Part shown: in pieces, positions 1 to 9,693 of the stretch
How the letters are laid out: each line of letters starts with the position of its first letter
Position numbering within the stretch: the stretch's first letter is position 1
The notes under the pieces: generated by a model
The model's database searches: none
What the model was told of the DNA's origin: nothing
Seen by the model: the letters and a program-made list of their open reading frames with translations, nothing else
Assembly: GCA_963745835.1 (NCBI GenBank)
Contig: CAVUZH010000019.1
Span: 448,001 to 512,000, forward strand
Reading direction: 5' to 3'
Origin: an uncultured delta proteobacterium
GTDB taxonomy: Bacteria; Desulfobacterota; Binatia; UBA9968
DNA length: 64,000 nt
Program-made: the position numbers and the translations under genes

Positions 1-917
1 TCAGCGATCTCTATTGCCGCACTGCCACAGCCCACGGAGTCAAGGTTCAGAGGTTGGAAGTCGACTACGGCGCCGGCGTCTCGGCTGGCGCGATTGAGGA
101 ATGCCTGCGCCTAGACAAAGAGCACCAAACCAAAGCAGTCCTCTTCGTCCAAACTGAGACATCGACGGGAGTTACGAGCAGCGTTGCAGCTGTTCGCGAT
201 GCCCTTGATCGTGTGGGCCACCCCGCCCTGCTGCTGGCCGATGTGGTTAGCTCGCTCGGATGCACGGACTTGCGCTTCGACGAATGGCGACTGGACGTCG
301 CCCTCACTGCGGCGCAAAAAGGGCTTATGCTGCCGCCCGGCATGGCGATTCTCGCCGTCAGCGAGAAAGCGCTTCAGGCGAACCGATCGGCCAAATGTGC
401 GCGCTCGTTTTGGGACTGGCAAGCGGTGCTAGAGAGTAACGCCAACGGCAACTTTCCATACACACCGGCGACCTCCTTACTTCTGGGCCTAAGCGAAAGT
501 CTCAAAATGCTCTTCGAAGAGGGCCTCGAGAATGTTTTCCGCCGCCATGCACGGCTGGCCGAAGCCTGCCGCAGAGCCATTGAAGCGACAGGTCTTAGAC
601 TCTTCGCACAGAGCGCCGCGGAATATTCCAATACGTTAACGGCCGTTCGGATGCCCGAGGGGCTCGACTCCGATGCGTTCATCGATCACACGCTGAAACT
701 CGTCGATCTTCCCCTCGGCAAGGGGCTCGGCAAAGTAAAAGGAAAACTTTTTCGCATCGGTCATCTCGGCAGCCTCAATGAGCTTGAACTCTTGGGCATC
801 TTGGCTGGGCTTGAAATGGCGCTGAAGAGCTTCGGTGTCAAAATCGCGCTGGGTGCCGGACTCGCAGCAGCTGAGAGATATCTTCTGGAAGACGCCGTAC
901 GGCGATCGCCGTTATGA
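1..917 (+). CDS. Class V PLP aminotransferase (serine/alanine-glyoxylate aminotransferase-like), 5' part outside window or frameshifted
   Basis: Motifs VQTETSTGV, DVVSSLG, AQKGLMLPPG (PLP Lys), FPYTP, FRIGHLG. Confidence 0.85.
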   Translation, partial: SDLYCRTATAHGVKVQRLEVDYGAGVSAGAIEECLRLDKEHQTKAVLFVQTETSTGVTSSVAAVRDALDRVGHPALLLADVVSSLGCTDLRFDEWRLDVALTAAQKGLMLPPGMAILAVSEKALQANRSAKCARSFWDWQAVLESNANGNFPYTPATSLLLGLSESLKMLFEEGLENVFRRHARLAEACRRAIEATGLRLFAQSAAEYSNTLTAVRMPEGLDSDAFIDHTLKLVDLPLGKGLGKVKGKLFRIGHLGSLNELELLGILAGLEMALKSFGVKIALGAGLAAAERYLLEDAVRRSPL

Positions 918-1723
918 AGATCGATCCGGACAAGTGCGTTGCCTGCGGGAACTGCCTACCGGTCTGTCCGATGGGGGCCATCTACATCGATCCGATGATA
1001 AACCGCGCGCGCATCAACACCGACGAGTGCGTCGAATGTTTTGCTTGCTACCGCGGCATGTCGAAAGAACACTTGAACCCCATGTTTGTGCGAGCGATTC
1101 GCAAAACGGCGCAATTCTTCCGCTTTCGCTTCGATCCGGAGCCGGACATCTGCCCAACCGATGCCATCGTTCCGGAAGAGTTGAGCTGGCCGCGGTTAGT
1201 CCGGCGGGCTTTTTCCGATCCCCAGGTACCCCACGAATCCACCGGCATTCACGGACGCGGTACGGCCGAAGTTAAGACCAACGACGTCACCGCTCGGGTG
1301 AAGGAAGGCGAAGCGGGCTTTGTCGTCGAGTTTGGCCGTCCGGGAATCGGCGCATGCTTTCGCGATATCGAACGGATCACGAAAGTTTTGGCCGAACTCG
1401 GGGTTGAATTCGAAACTAGCAATCCCGTGACGTCGCTGATGAGCGATCCCTCTCGCGGGCTCATCCGGCCGGAGATTCTAGACGAGAAGGTTTTATCCGC
1501 AATCGTGGAGATCAAGACAAGGTTGGAAGACGTGCCATTGGTCCTAAAAAGAATCAAACAGCTATCCCGCGAGCTGGCCACCGTCGTCAGCCTCGGCGTT
1601 TCGACCCGCTGCGGCGCAGCGGGTGAAGAACCGTTGCGGAAAATTTTGGAGCGGGAAGGCTATCCGACCTATCGTGGGAAAACCAATCTAGGCCTCGGCG
1701 CACGCACGGCCGCGCAAGCGTAG
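914..1723 (+). CDS. 4Fe-4S ferredoxin-domain protein with uncharacterised C-terminal domain
   Basis: CVACGNCLPVCP and CVECFAC...CP motifs; GRGTAEVKTNDVT segment; ATGA overlap with upstream gene. Confidence 0.8.
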   Translation: MKIDPDKCVACGNCLPVCPMGAIYIDPMINRARINTDECVECFACYRGMSKEHLNPMFVRAIRKTAQFFRFRFDPEPDICPTDAIVPEELSWPRLVRRAFSDPQVPHESTGIHGRGTAEVKTNDVTARVKEGEAGFVVEFGRPGIGACFRDIERITKVLAELGVEFETSNPVTSLMSDPSRGLIRPEILDEKVLSAIVEIKTRLEDVPLVLKRIKQLSRELATVVSLGVSTRCGAAGEEPLRKILEREGYPTYRGKTNLGLGARTAAQA

Positions 1724-1728
1724 AGCAA

Positions 1729-2433
1729 ATGACGAACACGCTGCACCGCTACAGCGAACACTATGCATTTGAAAATCCGTCGAACCCGATGCCGGTTCGC
1801 GACGATTTCATCGTATTCGCGATGGCGAGCCGAGGTATCAATGATGACAATCTGATCGAAAAATACCGAGCGTTTCTACGCCTTTCATTAAAGCACAATC
1901 CCGTGAACCTCGGCGATGCCACTAAGGGCGGCGTCCTGCGCCCGCGCCGGGACCTAAACCCGAACGCGCACTGGAAGCGCGATCACCGACCCAATCCGGA
2001 TGAAGTGATTGCGGGCATCGAGGGTCACACCACGGTGGCGGCGGTCTTCGACAATTTCGAAAACATGAAGGCCTTCGTTGATGATGTCCGAAACGCGAAC
2101 CTTGGTATTTCAGTGAACATTAGCGCTCCCATCGAGGAAGCGGAGCGTTGCTGCCGCGAAACCGGAATCACCCGTCACAGTGTCGAGTACTCGTTGGGCT
2201 TTTGCGGACGAGTGGACAAGTTGCCGGACGCCACCGTGCTCGAGCTTACGACGATGTGCGGGCACGGCATGATTTCAGCGCATTTTGCGAAAAAAATGAT
2301 CGACTGGGTGAAGGAGAATCGGCGCAGCCCGGCGGCGGTGGCTTGCACAATGGCGCGCTTTTGCAGCTGCGGAGTATTCAATTTGAGCAGAGCTCAAAGC
2401 ATTCTGAACGAGGCACGTACCAAGAATCGGTAG
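1729..2433 (+). CDS. Conserved hypothetical protein with Cys/His motifs (possible metal or Fe-S binding)
   Basis: 234 aa ORF 5 bp after the Fe-S gene; TLHR N-terminus, MCGHGM and FCSCGVFN motifs. Confidence 0.75.
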   Translation: MTNTLHRYSEHYAFENPSNPMPVRDDFIVFAMASRGINDDNLIEKYRAFLRLSLKHNPVNLGDATKGGVLRPRRDLNPNAHWKRDHRPNPDEVIAGIEGHTTVAAVFDNFENMKAFVDDVRNANLGISVNISAPIEEAERCCRETGITRHSVEYSLGFCGRVDKLPDATVLELTTMCGHGMISAHFAKKMIDWVKENRRSPAAVACTMARFCSCGVFNLSRAQSILNEARTKNR

Positions 2434-2471
2434 GCTTCGTCCTGCCGAAGATGGCGAAAAGGAGAAGTGAG

Positions 2472-3452
2472 ATGAAGCGGACGTTGATCACTATGCTTCT
2501 CATGACCTTGCTCAGTATTATGTGGGCTCAAGGGTCCCGGGCGCAGGCACCAACGTTGCGCTTAGGTCACGTCGGCTTTCCGGGCTCGCTCTTCGCCTTG
2601 ACGGCTGATGAATATGCGACTCGAGTCAACGGTGCGCTCAAGGGTAAATTAGAGGTCAAGGTATTTCACTCGAGCCAGCTCGGCAGCGACGAACAGATGA
2701 TGCGAGGTATCAAGGTTGGCGCGCCGGAGATGGTAGCGCCCTCAACGGTCATGAGCACCGTAGATGCGAAATTCGGCGTCTTTGAGATGCCCTATCTCAT
2801 TGTCAGCCGAGCTCACATGAAGAAGGTGGCCGAGAACAAACAGGTGCAGGACCATCTCTTCGCTGGGCTGCCGACAAAGGGAATCCGGGTGCTGGGAGTC
2901 TGGGAGAATGGCTTTCGCCATATCACAAATAATGTGCGGCCGATCATAAAGCCAGAGGATCTGAAAGGGATCAAGTTGAGAGTGCCCGGCGGAGTCTGGC
3001 GAGTAAAGATGTTTAAAGACTATGGCGCGAATCCGTCACCCATGCCGTTGGCAGAAGTTTATTCGGCACTGCAGTCCGGCGTCATGGATGCGCAGGAAAA
3101 CCCGTTCCCACAAATCGCCTCCGCTAAATTTTTTGAAGTGCAAAAATTTCTTTCATTGACCGGCCATGTCTACACACCCGCTTACCTGGTGATCGGCGAA
3201 GACGTGTGGGCCAAGCTTCCTAAAGATGTCCAGAGCACGCTGTCCAAAATTGCCTGGGACATGGGGGACTTTGCCCGCTCCGAGGGCGAGCGGCTGGATA
3301 GAGAGTTAATGGGAAAACTCGCCCCGCCGATGAAAGCTAACGACGTCGACAAAGAAGCGTTCATTAAGCGATCGGCGGCAATCTATGAAGAATTTGGTAA
3401 GGAAGTGCCCGGCGGCATCGATCTCATCAAGCTCGTCCAGTCGCTTAGGTAA
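2472..3452 (+). CDS. dctP: TRAP transporter substrate-binding protein DctP
   Basis: Signal peptide from ATG 2472; ENGFRHITN, DLKGIKLRVP, EVYSALQSGVMDAQENP. Confidence 0.9.
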   Translation: MKRTLITMLLMTLLSIMWAQGSRAQAPTLRLGHVGFPGSLFALTADEYATRVNGALKGKLEVKVFHSSQLGSDEQMMRGIKVGAPEMVAPSTVMSTVDAKFGVFEMPYLIVSRAHMKKVAENKQVQDHLFAGLPTKGIRVLGVWENGFRHITNNVRPIIKPEDLKGIKLRVPGGVWRVKMFKDYGANPSPMPLAEVYSALQSGVMDAQENPFPQIASAKFFEVQKFLSLTGHVYTPAYLVIGEDVWAKLPKDVQSTLSKIAWDMGDFARSEGERLDRELMGKLAPPMKANDVDKEAFIKRSAAIYEEFGKEVPGGIDLIKLVQSLR

Positions 3453-3512
3453 CGCGGCGGCAGTTCGAATGGAATGGAGTTCATCTAAATTTGAAATTCG
3501 AGCAGAGCAACT

Positions 3513-4025
3513 ATGAGAATCCTCAACCGCTTTATTGGCCTTCTCGACTGGTGGTCGATGCTCCTGCTGGTCTTGATGGTCGTGCTGGTTTTTCTGGGGG
3601 TTTTCTTTCGTTACATCCTCGGCGCGTCTCTTGCTTGGTACGATGAGTTCGCATCCTATCTGCTGGTCTGGCTGACCTTCTACGGAGCGGTCTCGGCTTC
3701 TTACCGTGGCCGCCATATCGGATTTGACTTGGTGGTAAATCGGTTCACCCCGAGCCCCGGAAGGGCGGCCAGGGTTGTCGCCGAACTCTTCGTCTTGGGA
3801 TTCCAAGTTGTGCTTTTGTACTATGGCTGGATCCTCACGCAGAAGATGGGCAACGAGACTGCGGTTTCGCTTCCATGGATCAAAATGGCCTGGGTCTACA
3901 GCGTGCTGCCAATTGCCGGTGGGCTCATGCTCCTGATCAGTCTTGAACGCCTCGGTCATCTTCTCTTCGGCAAGGGGAATGGGAAAGGAGCTGAAGCGGC
4001 GTGGAGTGGCTCATCCTCGGAGTAA
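3513..4025 (+). CDS. dctQ: TRAP small permease DctQ
   Basis: 4 TM segments, VFFRY, WLTFYGA, HIGFD; between dctP and dctM. Confidence 0.88.
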   Translation: MRILNRFIGLLDWWSMLLLVLMVVLVFLGVFFRYILGASLAWYDEFASYLLVWLTFYGAVSASYRGRHIGFDLVVNRFTPSPGRAARVVAELFVLGFQVVLLYYGWILTQKMGNETAVSLPWIKMAWVYSVLPIAGGLMLLISLERLGHLLFGKGNGKGAEAAWSGSSSE

Positions 4026-5278
4026 TCATTTTCCTTACGGTCATTAACGTCCCGATCGCGTTCGGCCTTTCGATCACCACCATCCTATTTCTTCTCTGGA
4101 ACGGAACCGCGTCGCTCAGCGTTGTCCCCCTGAATCTTTTTTCCGGGGCGTCCAGTTTCCCGCTACTCGCGATCCCGCTCTTCATCTTGGCCGGGGGTCT
4201 GATGGAGACTTCGGGCATCTCGTTGCGGCTGGTAAACCTAGCCAATAGTTTCGTTGGGTTTATCCGCGGCGGACTTGCGATGGTTACTGTGGTGGCGACG
4301 ATGATACAGAGCGAGATCTCGGGATCATCGGTCGCTGACGCGGCTGCGATCGGAAATGTTGTTATCCCCGCCATGGAGAAGCGGGGTTACCCCAAGGCGC
4401 TGAGCGCGGCCATTGTTTCCAACGCGGCCTCGGCGGCCATTCTCATTCCCCCCTCCATCCCTATGATCATCTATGCGTGGATGGCTGAGGTGTCAGTAGC
4501 CAAGCTCTTTTTTGCCGGTTTTCTCCCGGGCTTTATCGCTTGCGCAAGCATGATGGGACTCAGCTATTATTATGCGCGCAAACTAAATTTACCGGTGGAG
4601 CAGAAGTTCTCTTTGAATGAGGTCGGAAAGTCTACTGTCCGCGCCTTCTGGGCACTCTTCATTCCGATTGTGATCTGGGGCGGGATCTTTCTCGGCATCG
4701 CCACTGCCACCGAGGTTGCAGCGCTGGCTGTAATCGCAGCCTTAATCATTGGCGCCTTACTCTACCGCGAGCTCCCGGTGCGCGAGATCATCCGCATCTT
4801 ACATGATTCAACGGGACAGACGGCCGTGGTCATGTTGATCGTGGCGTCGTCTGCCGTCCTTGGGTGGTTTTTGACCAGTGAACAGATTCCGCAGAAGTTC
4901 GCTCGGATGATGCTTGAGACGACGTCAAATAAATACCTGATCCTGTTCTTTTTGAACATCTTTTTCTTCGTTGCCGGGATGTTTCTCCACTCGGCGGCGG
5001 CGATTATTCTGATTGTTCCGATCGTGATGCCGCTGATTCGCCAAATCGGCGTCGATCCGATCCATTTCGGTATTATCGTAACGATCAATCTCGGCGTCGG
5101 TCAGCAAACCCCGCCCGTTGCCACTGTCCTGTTTACCACAGCGGCGATCGCGCGCTTGCCCTTCTGGGAAGTCTTCAAAGCGGGTTGGCCGTTCACGCTC
5201 GTTCTCGCGTTTGTTACTCTGCTCGTCACCTATGTTCCGTGGATCAGCCTCGGCTTAGTCAACCTGGTTGACTGGTAG
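4001..5278 (+). CDS. dctM: TRAP large permease DctM
   Basis: LLAIPLFILAG, SGSSVADAAA, IPPSIPMIIY, GQQTPPV. Confidence 0.92.
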   Translation: MEWLILGVIIFLTVINVPIAFGLSITTILFLLWNGTASLSVVPLNLFSGASSFPLLAIPLFILAGGLMETSGISLRLVNLANSFVGFIRGGLAMVTVVATMIQSEISGSSVADAAAIGNVVIPAMEKRGYPKALSAAIVSNAASAAILIPPSIPMIIYAWMAEVSVAKLFFAGFLPGFIACASMMGLSYYYARKLNLPVEQKFSLNEVGKSTVRAFWALFIPIVIWGGIFLGIATATEVAALAVIAALIIGALLYRELPVREIIRILHDSTGQTAVVMLIVASSAVLGWFLTSEQIPQKFARMMLETTSNKYLILFFLNIFFFVAGMFLHSAAAIILIVPIVMPLIRQIGVDPIHFGIIVTINLGVGQQTPPVATVLFTTAAIARLPFWEVFKAGWPFTLVLAFVTLLVTYVPWISLGLVNLVDW

Positions 5279-5421
5279 GCTGCCAGCTTTGGGTTATCGA
5301 ATTCAATTGCGCCTTTCTCACTTCGGATGAACTTGGCTCCGAGGATTTGGTGCCATCGTAACTAGTCGAGCGAAGTACCCATTCGCAACGCCTTTTTTCC
5401 TTGACGCAATAGATTAGTTGC

Positions 5422-6762
5422 TTAAGACGTGGCAACTTTCGTGGCCAGCCACTGCGCCGTCCGCAGGAGCCGCGCATCGCCGTAGCGCGGACCGACGAGT
5501 TGAACAGCAAGAGGGAGACCGTTAGCGCTTTGCAAGAGCGGCAGGCTGATGGCAGGCATGCCGCATAATGTCCACAAGGTACAGAAGGATGGATCGCCGG
5601 TGGCCGTGAGTCCTTTCGGAGCCGGGCCCGGGGCGGCTGGTGTCAAAATCGCATCGTAACGCTGCTGGAACAGTTCGAGAAAACTTTCGTGAATGGGAGC
5701 GATTCTGGCCAGCGCTCGTTGGTAATCGAATGCCGTCACTTGCTGTCCCTGCTCGATCTGTTTCCGCAGTCTTTCCGAGAGCTGTGGGCTCGCTATCGTG
5801 TATTCATGTTCCAAGTTTAGCGACATTTCGGCGCTCATAATGATCTGGTGTAATTCCCACGCCTCGATGGCTGAGGGAAACAGTTCGACCTCTTCCACCT
5901 GCCCATCCAAATGCGCGGCCAATTCAGCAAAGCCTTCCTTGGTATCACTGTCGGCGCGCTCCCACATCGGGGTTTTCACCAGCGCGAACATCGGCGCGAG
6001 TGGCGGCTCTTGGCGCGTAACCGTCTGGAAAGGAATACTCGCGCGCGGCCGTGTGTCGGGATCGGCTTCGTCGTAGCCGACGAGCTGTTCGCAGAGCAAT
6101 GCAATGTCGTCGACAGTGCGCGCGAATAGCCCAACGTGATCAAGCGTGCGCGACAAGGGCGATACACGATGGCGCGAAATAAGCCCGTGGGTCGGCTTGA
6201 AACCAACGATGCCGCAATACGCAGCCGGGCGAATCGTGGAGCCGTTGGTCTGGCTGCCGAGCGCGAGAGGAACCATGCTTGAGCCCACGGCCGCGGCAGA
6301 TCCACTGGAAGAACCGCCGGGGGTATGCTCCGGGTTATGCGGGTTGCGCGTCTTTCCGGGCGAGAAGTAAGCGAATTCCGTGGTAACGGTTTTGCCCATG
6401 ATCACGGCACCGGTTGCACGCAACCGTGATACGGCCGCGGCATCGCGCGACGGTGTGCGTCCGGCGTGAATCACTGAGCCATTTTCAGTCGGCATGTCGG
6501 CGGTATCGAAAATATCTTTGATGCCGACAGGAATGCCGTGCAGCGCGCCGATTGCCTGGCCCGATAAACGCAACTGATCCAGAGCACGCGCTTGCGCCAG
6601 CGCATAGTCGGGGTCGAGAAAGGTCCAGGCCTCGACTTGCGGGTCCACTTCGCGTATGCGCGCTAGACAAGCCTCGACCAGCTGTTCCGAGCTGATGATG
6701 CCATCACGGATTAATCGGGCAGCCTCCGAAGCCGAGAGCAAGTGAAGGTCGGTTAGTTCCAT
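5422..6762 (-). CDS. Amidase-signature family amidase
   Basis: GIKD, PGGSSSGSAAAV, GSQTNGSTIRPA. Confidence 0.9.
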   Translation of the reverse strand: MELTDLHLLSASEAARLIRDGIISSEQLVEACLARIREVDPQVEAWTFLDPDYALAQARALDQLRLSGQAIGALHGIPVGIKDIFDTADMPTENGSVIHAGRTPSRDAAAVSRLRATGAVIMGKTVTTEFAYFSPGKTRNPHNPEHTPGGSSSGSAAAVGSSMVPLALGSQTNGSTIRPAAYCGIVGFKPTHGLISRHRVSPLSRTLDHVGLFARTVDDIALLCEQLVGYDEADPDTRPRASIPFQTVTRQEPPLAPMFALVKTPMWERADSDTKEGFAELAAHLDGQVEEVELFPSAIEAWELHQIIMSAEMSLNLEHEYTIASPQLSERLRKQIEQGQQVTAFDYQRALARIAPIHESFLELFQQRYDAILTPAAPGPAPKGLTATGDPSFCTLWTLCGMPAISLPLLQSANGLPLAVQLVGPRYGDARLLRTAQWLATKVATS

Positions 6763-6781
6763 CCTATATTTCTTAGCGATC

Positions 6782-6907
6782 GTGCAGGTACAAATGACGA
6801 GCCAGACAAGGCCCGAGGAAGAAGCCGACCGGAAGCGTACAGGGCTAGTACGCTGAGGATCGGCGACGACCGAGAACGCCGTATGGCGAAGTCAGTTGCA
6901 CCTGCAC
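6782..6907. repeat. ~126 bp palindromic (MITE/REP-like) element
   Basis: 17 bp terminal IR gtgcaggtacaaatgac / gtcagttgcacctgcac (2 mismatches); central hairpin gcgtac-agggcta-gtacgc. Confidence 0.7.
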
Positions 6908-8949
6908 TAACCATACAGGAATTCGGGCAGCCACAACGTCATGCCCGGCCAGACGTACATGCATACCAGACACAGAAGGACAATCAGCATGTACGGCATC
7001 ATGCCGGCAAAGATCTGGTTGAGAGTAACGTGCTTCGGTGCAACCCCCTTCAGATAGAAGGCTGACATCGCCACGGGGGGCGACAAAAAGGCCGCTTGCA
7101 AATTAACCGCTACCATGGTGCCGAACAAAATCGGATCGACGTTAAAATGGCCGAGCAGCGGTATGAAAATCGGACAGAAGATAACGATGATCTCAGTCCA
7201 TTCGAGCGGCCAGCCAAGTAGAAATATGATCAATTGCGCCATGATCAAAAAACCGACGGGAGAGAGGTTCATCCCCAGAACCCAGCGTTCGATGAGCGCC
7301 TGTCCGCCATGTAGCGCAAAGACACCGGAGAAAAGCGCCGAGCCAATGAAGAGCCAGCAGACCATAGCCGTGGTCTTCGCGGTGAGGAAAACCGATTCTT
7401 TGAGATTTTGCCAGAGCTCCTTGGACCTTCCGAGCCCCCAAAACCAGGGAACTAGCGTTCCCGCGAATACGCCTCCAAGAGACCCTGATACGAGCACAGT
7501 CACTACGCCGCCGCGCTGCCAGCTGAGGACCACCCCAATAATCGCTCCGACCAGACTCCAGGACCAGACCTGGCGCGGGTATTTGGCCATCACCGCGAGA
7601 TAGAGGGCGCCGAGCGCCCCCACTGCAGCCGATTCGGTGGCCGTAGTGATGCCGAACAAAATCACTGCGAGCACCACCACCGTCAGCACACCCAGCGGCA
7701 CTACCGAGACGACCAGTTCCTTCAATATCTCGAGCTGCTCGCCATCCATACGCCAGTAGTAGATGGCAAGAAGAAGCGTCGAAAAAGCCGCCATTCCCCA
7801 GAACACGAGATAGAAGTATTCCGGAGTTTTGCGGATGGCCGATGCGCCTGGCGGTTCGGCCAGTGAGCCCATTTCCTGAGGCGGCCCGTCCGGGAGCAGA
7901 GGCGATTCGGAGAACTCCGACGTGGTTGGTGACCCTCCGAGCTCTTGCAATTTCTCCTGCGGCGCTTCCTGCGGCCTCTCCTCCAGAGCAGCTGGCGGCA
8001 AGCTCAGCGGCTGTGCAGCCCCGTTCTCCGGAGCGACGGCGGCACTGGGGGCGTTATAGATAACGACATACCACCAGGCGGTAGCAAACATTCCGATCGT
8101 AAGTACTGCCGGGACCATCAGCGTCAAGAAGTTTTTGACGATCAGCCCATAGGTTATCCGATGACCGTCGGGTGACGTCGCGCCGTGCAACAATTTCGGT
8201 CGAAGCATGGCGCCGAGGACACCGGTAACGATCCGTCGGGCCGGACCACGTTCGAGCCGTCGGAGCCATTCCGGCGTCGCGATCCGATACTGTTCCGGCG
8301 GCAACTTAGGCGCGATCTTCGGATTGATGATTGCCCAGCCGAGAATGAAGACGAGATAGAGGAACGTTAGGAAAAACCCCGGCAGCATTGCGGCCGCATA
8401 GAGCTTCACGATCGACTCTCCGGCCACAGCCGCATAGACAATAAGCATCACGGAGGGCGGAATCAAAATACCCAGCGTGCCGCCCGCCGTGATTGCACCC
8501 GACGCGAGCCGTACGTCGTAACCGGCATTCAGCATCGGACGCATCGCGATCACTCCCATCAGAACCACCACTGCGCCGACGATGCCCGAGGCGATTCCCC
8601 AAAAGGCGCACACCAGCAAGGTGGTCACGGCGAGCGACGCGGGCACTCGCCGAAAGGCAAGCTGGACGCTATGAAACATTCGGTCGACCAGCGCGGCGCG
8701 CTCCATGATGTAGCCCATGAAGACGAAGAGCGGCACAGACAGCAAAGTATCATTGGTCATCACACCATACGTGCGCTGCACCATGAGATCGAAGACCTGA
8801 TTGTCGTACCAATGCTGTGAAGGAGTCCAAAAAGCGAGAAACCCAAAGAGCATTCCCAGCCCCATCAAGGTGAAGGCGGTCGGAAAGCCCATCATGATCG
8901 CGATCACGATGAGCCCAAGCATGGTCAACCCGAGCGCTGGATCACTCAC
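6907..8949 (-). CDS. dctM: TRAP large permease DctM with long internal insertion
   Basis: GTG at 8949 overlapping the dctQ stop; GGTLGILIPPSVMLI, TATESAAVGA, QAAFLSPP. Confidence 0.88.
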   Translation of the reverse strand: MSDPALGLTMLGLIVIAIMMGFPTAFTLMGLGMLFGFLAFWTPSQHWYDNQVFDLMVQRTYGVMTNDTLLSVPLFVFMGYIMERAALVDRMFHSVQLAFRRVPASLAVTTLLVCAFWGIASGIVGAVVVLMGVIAMRPMLNAGYDVRLASGAITAGGTLGILIPPSVMLIVYAAVAGESIVKLYAAAMLPGFFLTFLYLVFILGWAIINPKIAPKLPPEQYRIATPEWLRRLERGPARRIVTGVLGAMLRPKLLHGATSPDGHRITYGLIVKNFLTLMVPAVLTIGMFATAWWYVVIYNAPSAAVAPENGAAQPLSLPPAALEERPQEAPQEKLQELGGSPTTSEFSESPLLPDGPPQEMGSLAEPPGASAIRKTPEYFYLVFWGMAAFSTLLLAIYYWRMDGEQLEILKELVVSVVPLGVLTVVVLAVILFGITTATESAAVGALGALYLAVMAKYPRQVWSWSLVGAIIGVVLSWQRGGVVTVLVSGSLGGVFAGTLVPWFWGLGRSKELWQNLKESVFLTAKTTAMVCWLFIGSALFSGVFALHGGQALIERWVLGMNLSPVGFLIMAQLIIFLLGWPLEWTEIIVIFCPIFIPLLGHFNVDPILFGTMVAVNLQAAFLSPPVAMSAFYLKGVAPKHVTLNQIFAGMMPYMLIVLLCLVCMYVWPGMTLWLPEFLYG

Positions 8950-9631
8950 CGTTGCCTTCCCTTTTTTGATCCACCAGGGTGCGCTGGCGCGCGGCTTCAT
9001 CCAGCGCGTGTGCCGAGCCGGCCGCAGCGCGGCGCGACTCTTCGTCGACAAACTCGCTGTGAGCGAGCTGTCCGCCGACTACGTCTATCTCCTCGACATC
9101 TTCCAGCCGTGCCGGCCAGGTGCCGGTGCGCAAGCACAGGATGCAACGCGCGATCTCTGCGACACCCTGGAGCATCACCAGCGCGCCGGCGATCGGGATC
9201 ACGGACTTGAAGTGATAAACCGGCGGACCCTCCGCGGTCACAGTCGAGTGCTCTCCGATCTGCCACGACTCGACGGCGTAACCGTACCCGGCATAGATAA
9301 GTGCCAGGATGCCCGGGACAAAGAAAAGCATATACAGTGCTAAGTCCAGCGCCGCCTGCATCTTCGGCGACAGCCGGGCATATATGAAGTCGGCGCGCAC
9401 GTGCCCACTGAGCGACAAGGTGTAAGCGCCGCACATCATGAACAGCGTGCCATAAAGCATGTTGTTGAAGTCGAAGATCCAGGCCGTGGGAGCATTCAGG
9501 ATGTAGCGCTTGAAGACCTCCACCGAGACAACGAGTGTGAGCGCGACGATCAGCCAGGCAAAAGCCTTGCCCGACCAGTAGCTGAGTTGATCGATGGCTC
9601 GGAATAGTCGGTAGGCATTCACGGTGTACAA
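8942..9631 (-). CDS. dctQ: TRAP small permease DctQ
   Basis: EVFKRY, APTAW, HVRAD motifs; TM pattern; start may be GTG 9622. Confidence 0.88.
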   Translation of the reverse strand: MYTVNAYRLFRAIDQLSYWSGKAFAWLIVALTLVVSVEVFKRYILNAPTAWIFDFNNMLYGTLFMMCGAYTLSLSGHVRADFIYARLSPKMQAALDLALYMLFFVPGILALIYAGYGYAVESWQIGEHSTVTAEGPPVYHFKSVIPIAGALVMLQGVAEIARCILCLRTGTWPARLEDVEEIDVVGGQLAHSEFVDEESRRAAAGSAHALDEAARQRTLVDQKREGNGE

Positions 9632-9693
9632 AACACCAGGGATCAGCCCGAGATTGATGGCTGATGGAGAAGCTGGATCCGATCCACGGAAGA

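Noticed and set aside
2148-2471. Long N-terminal extension of DctP
   Set aside because: It overlaps the upstream gene; the RBS and signal peptide indicate a start at 2472.
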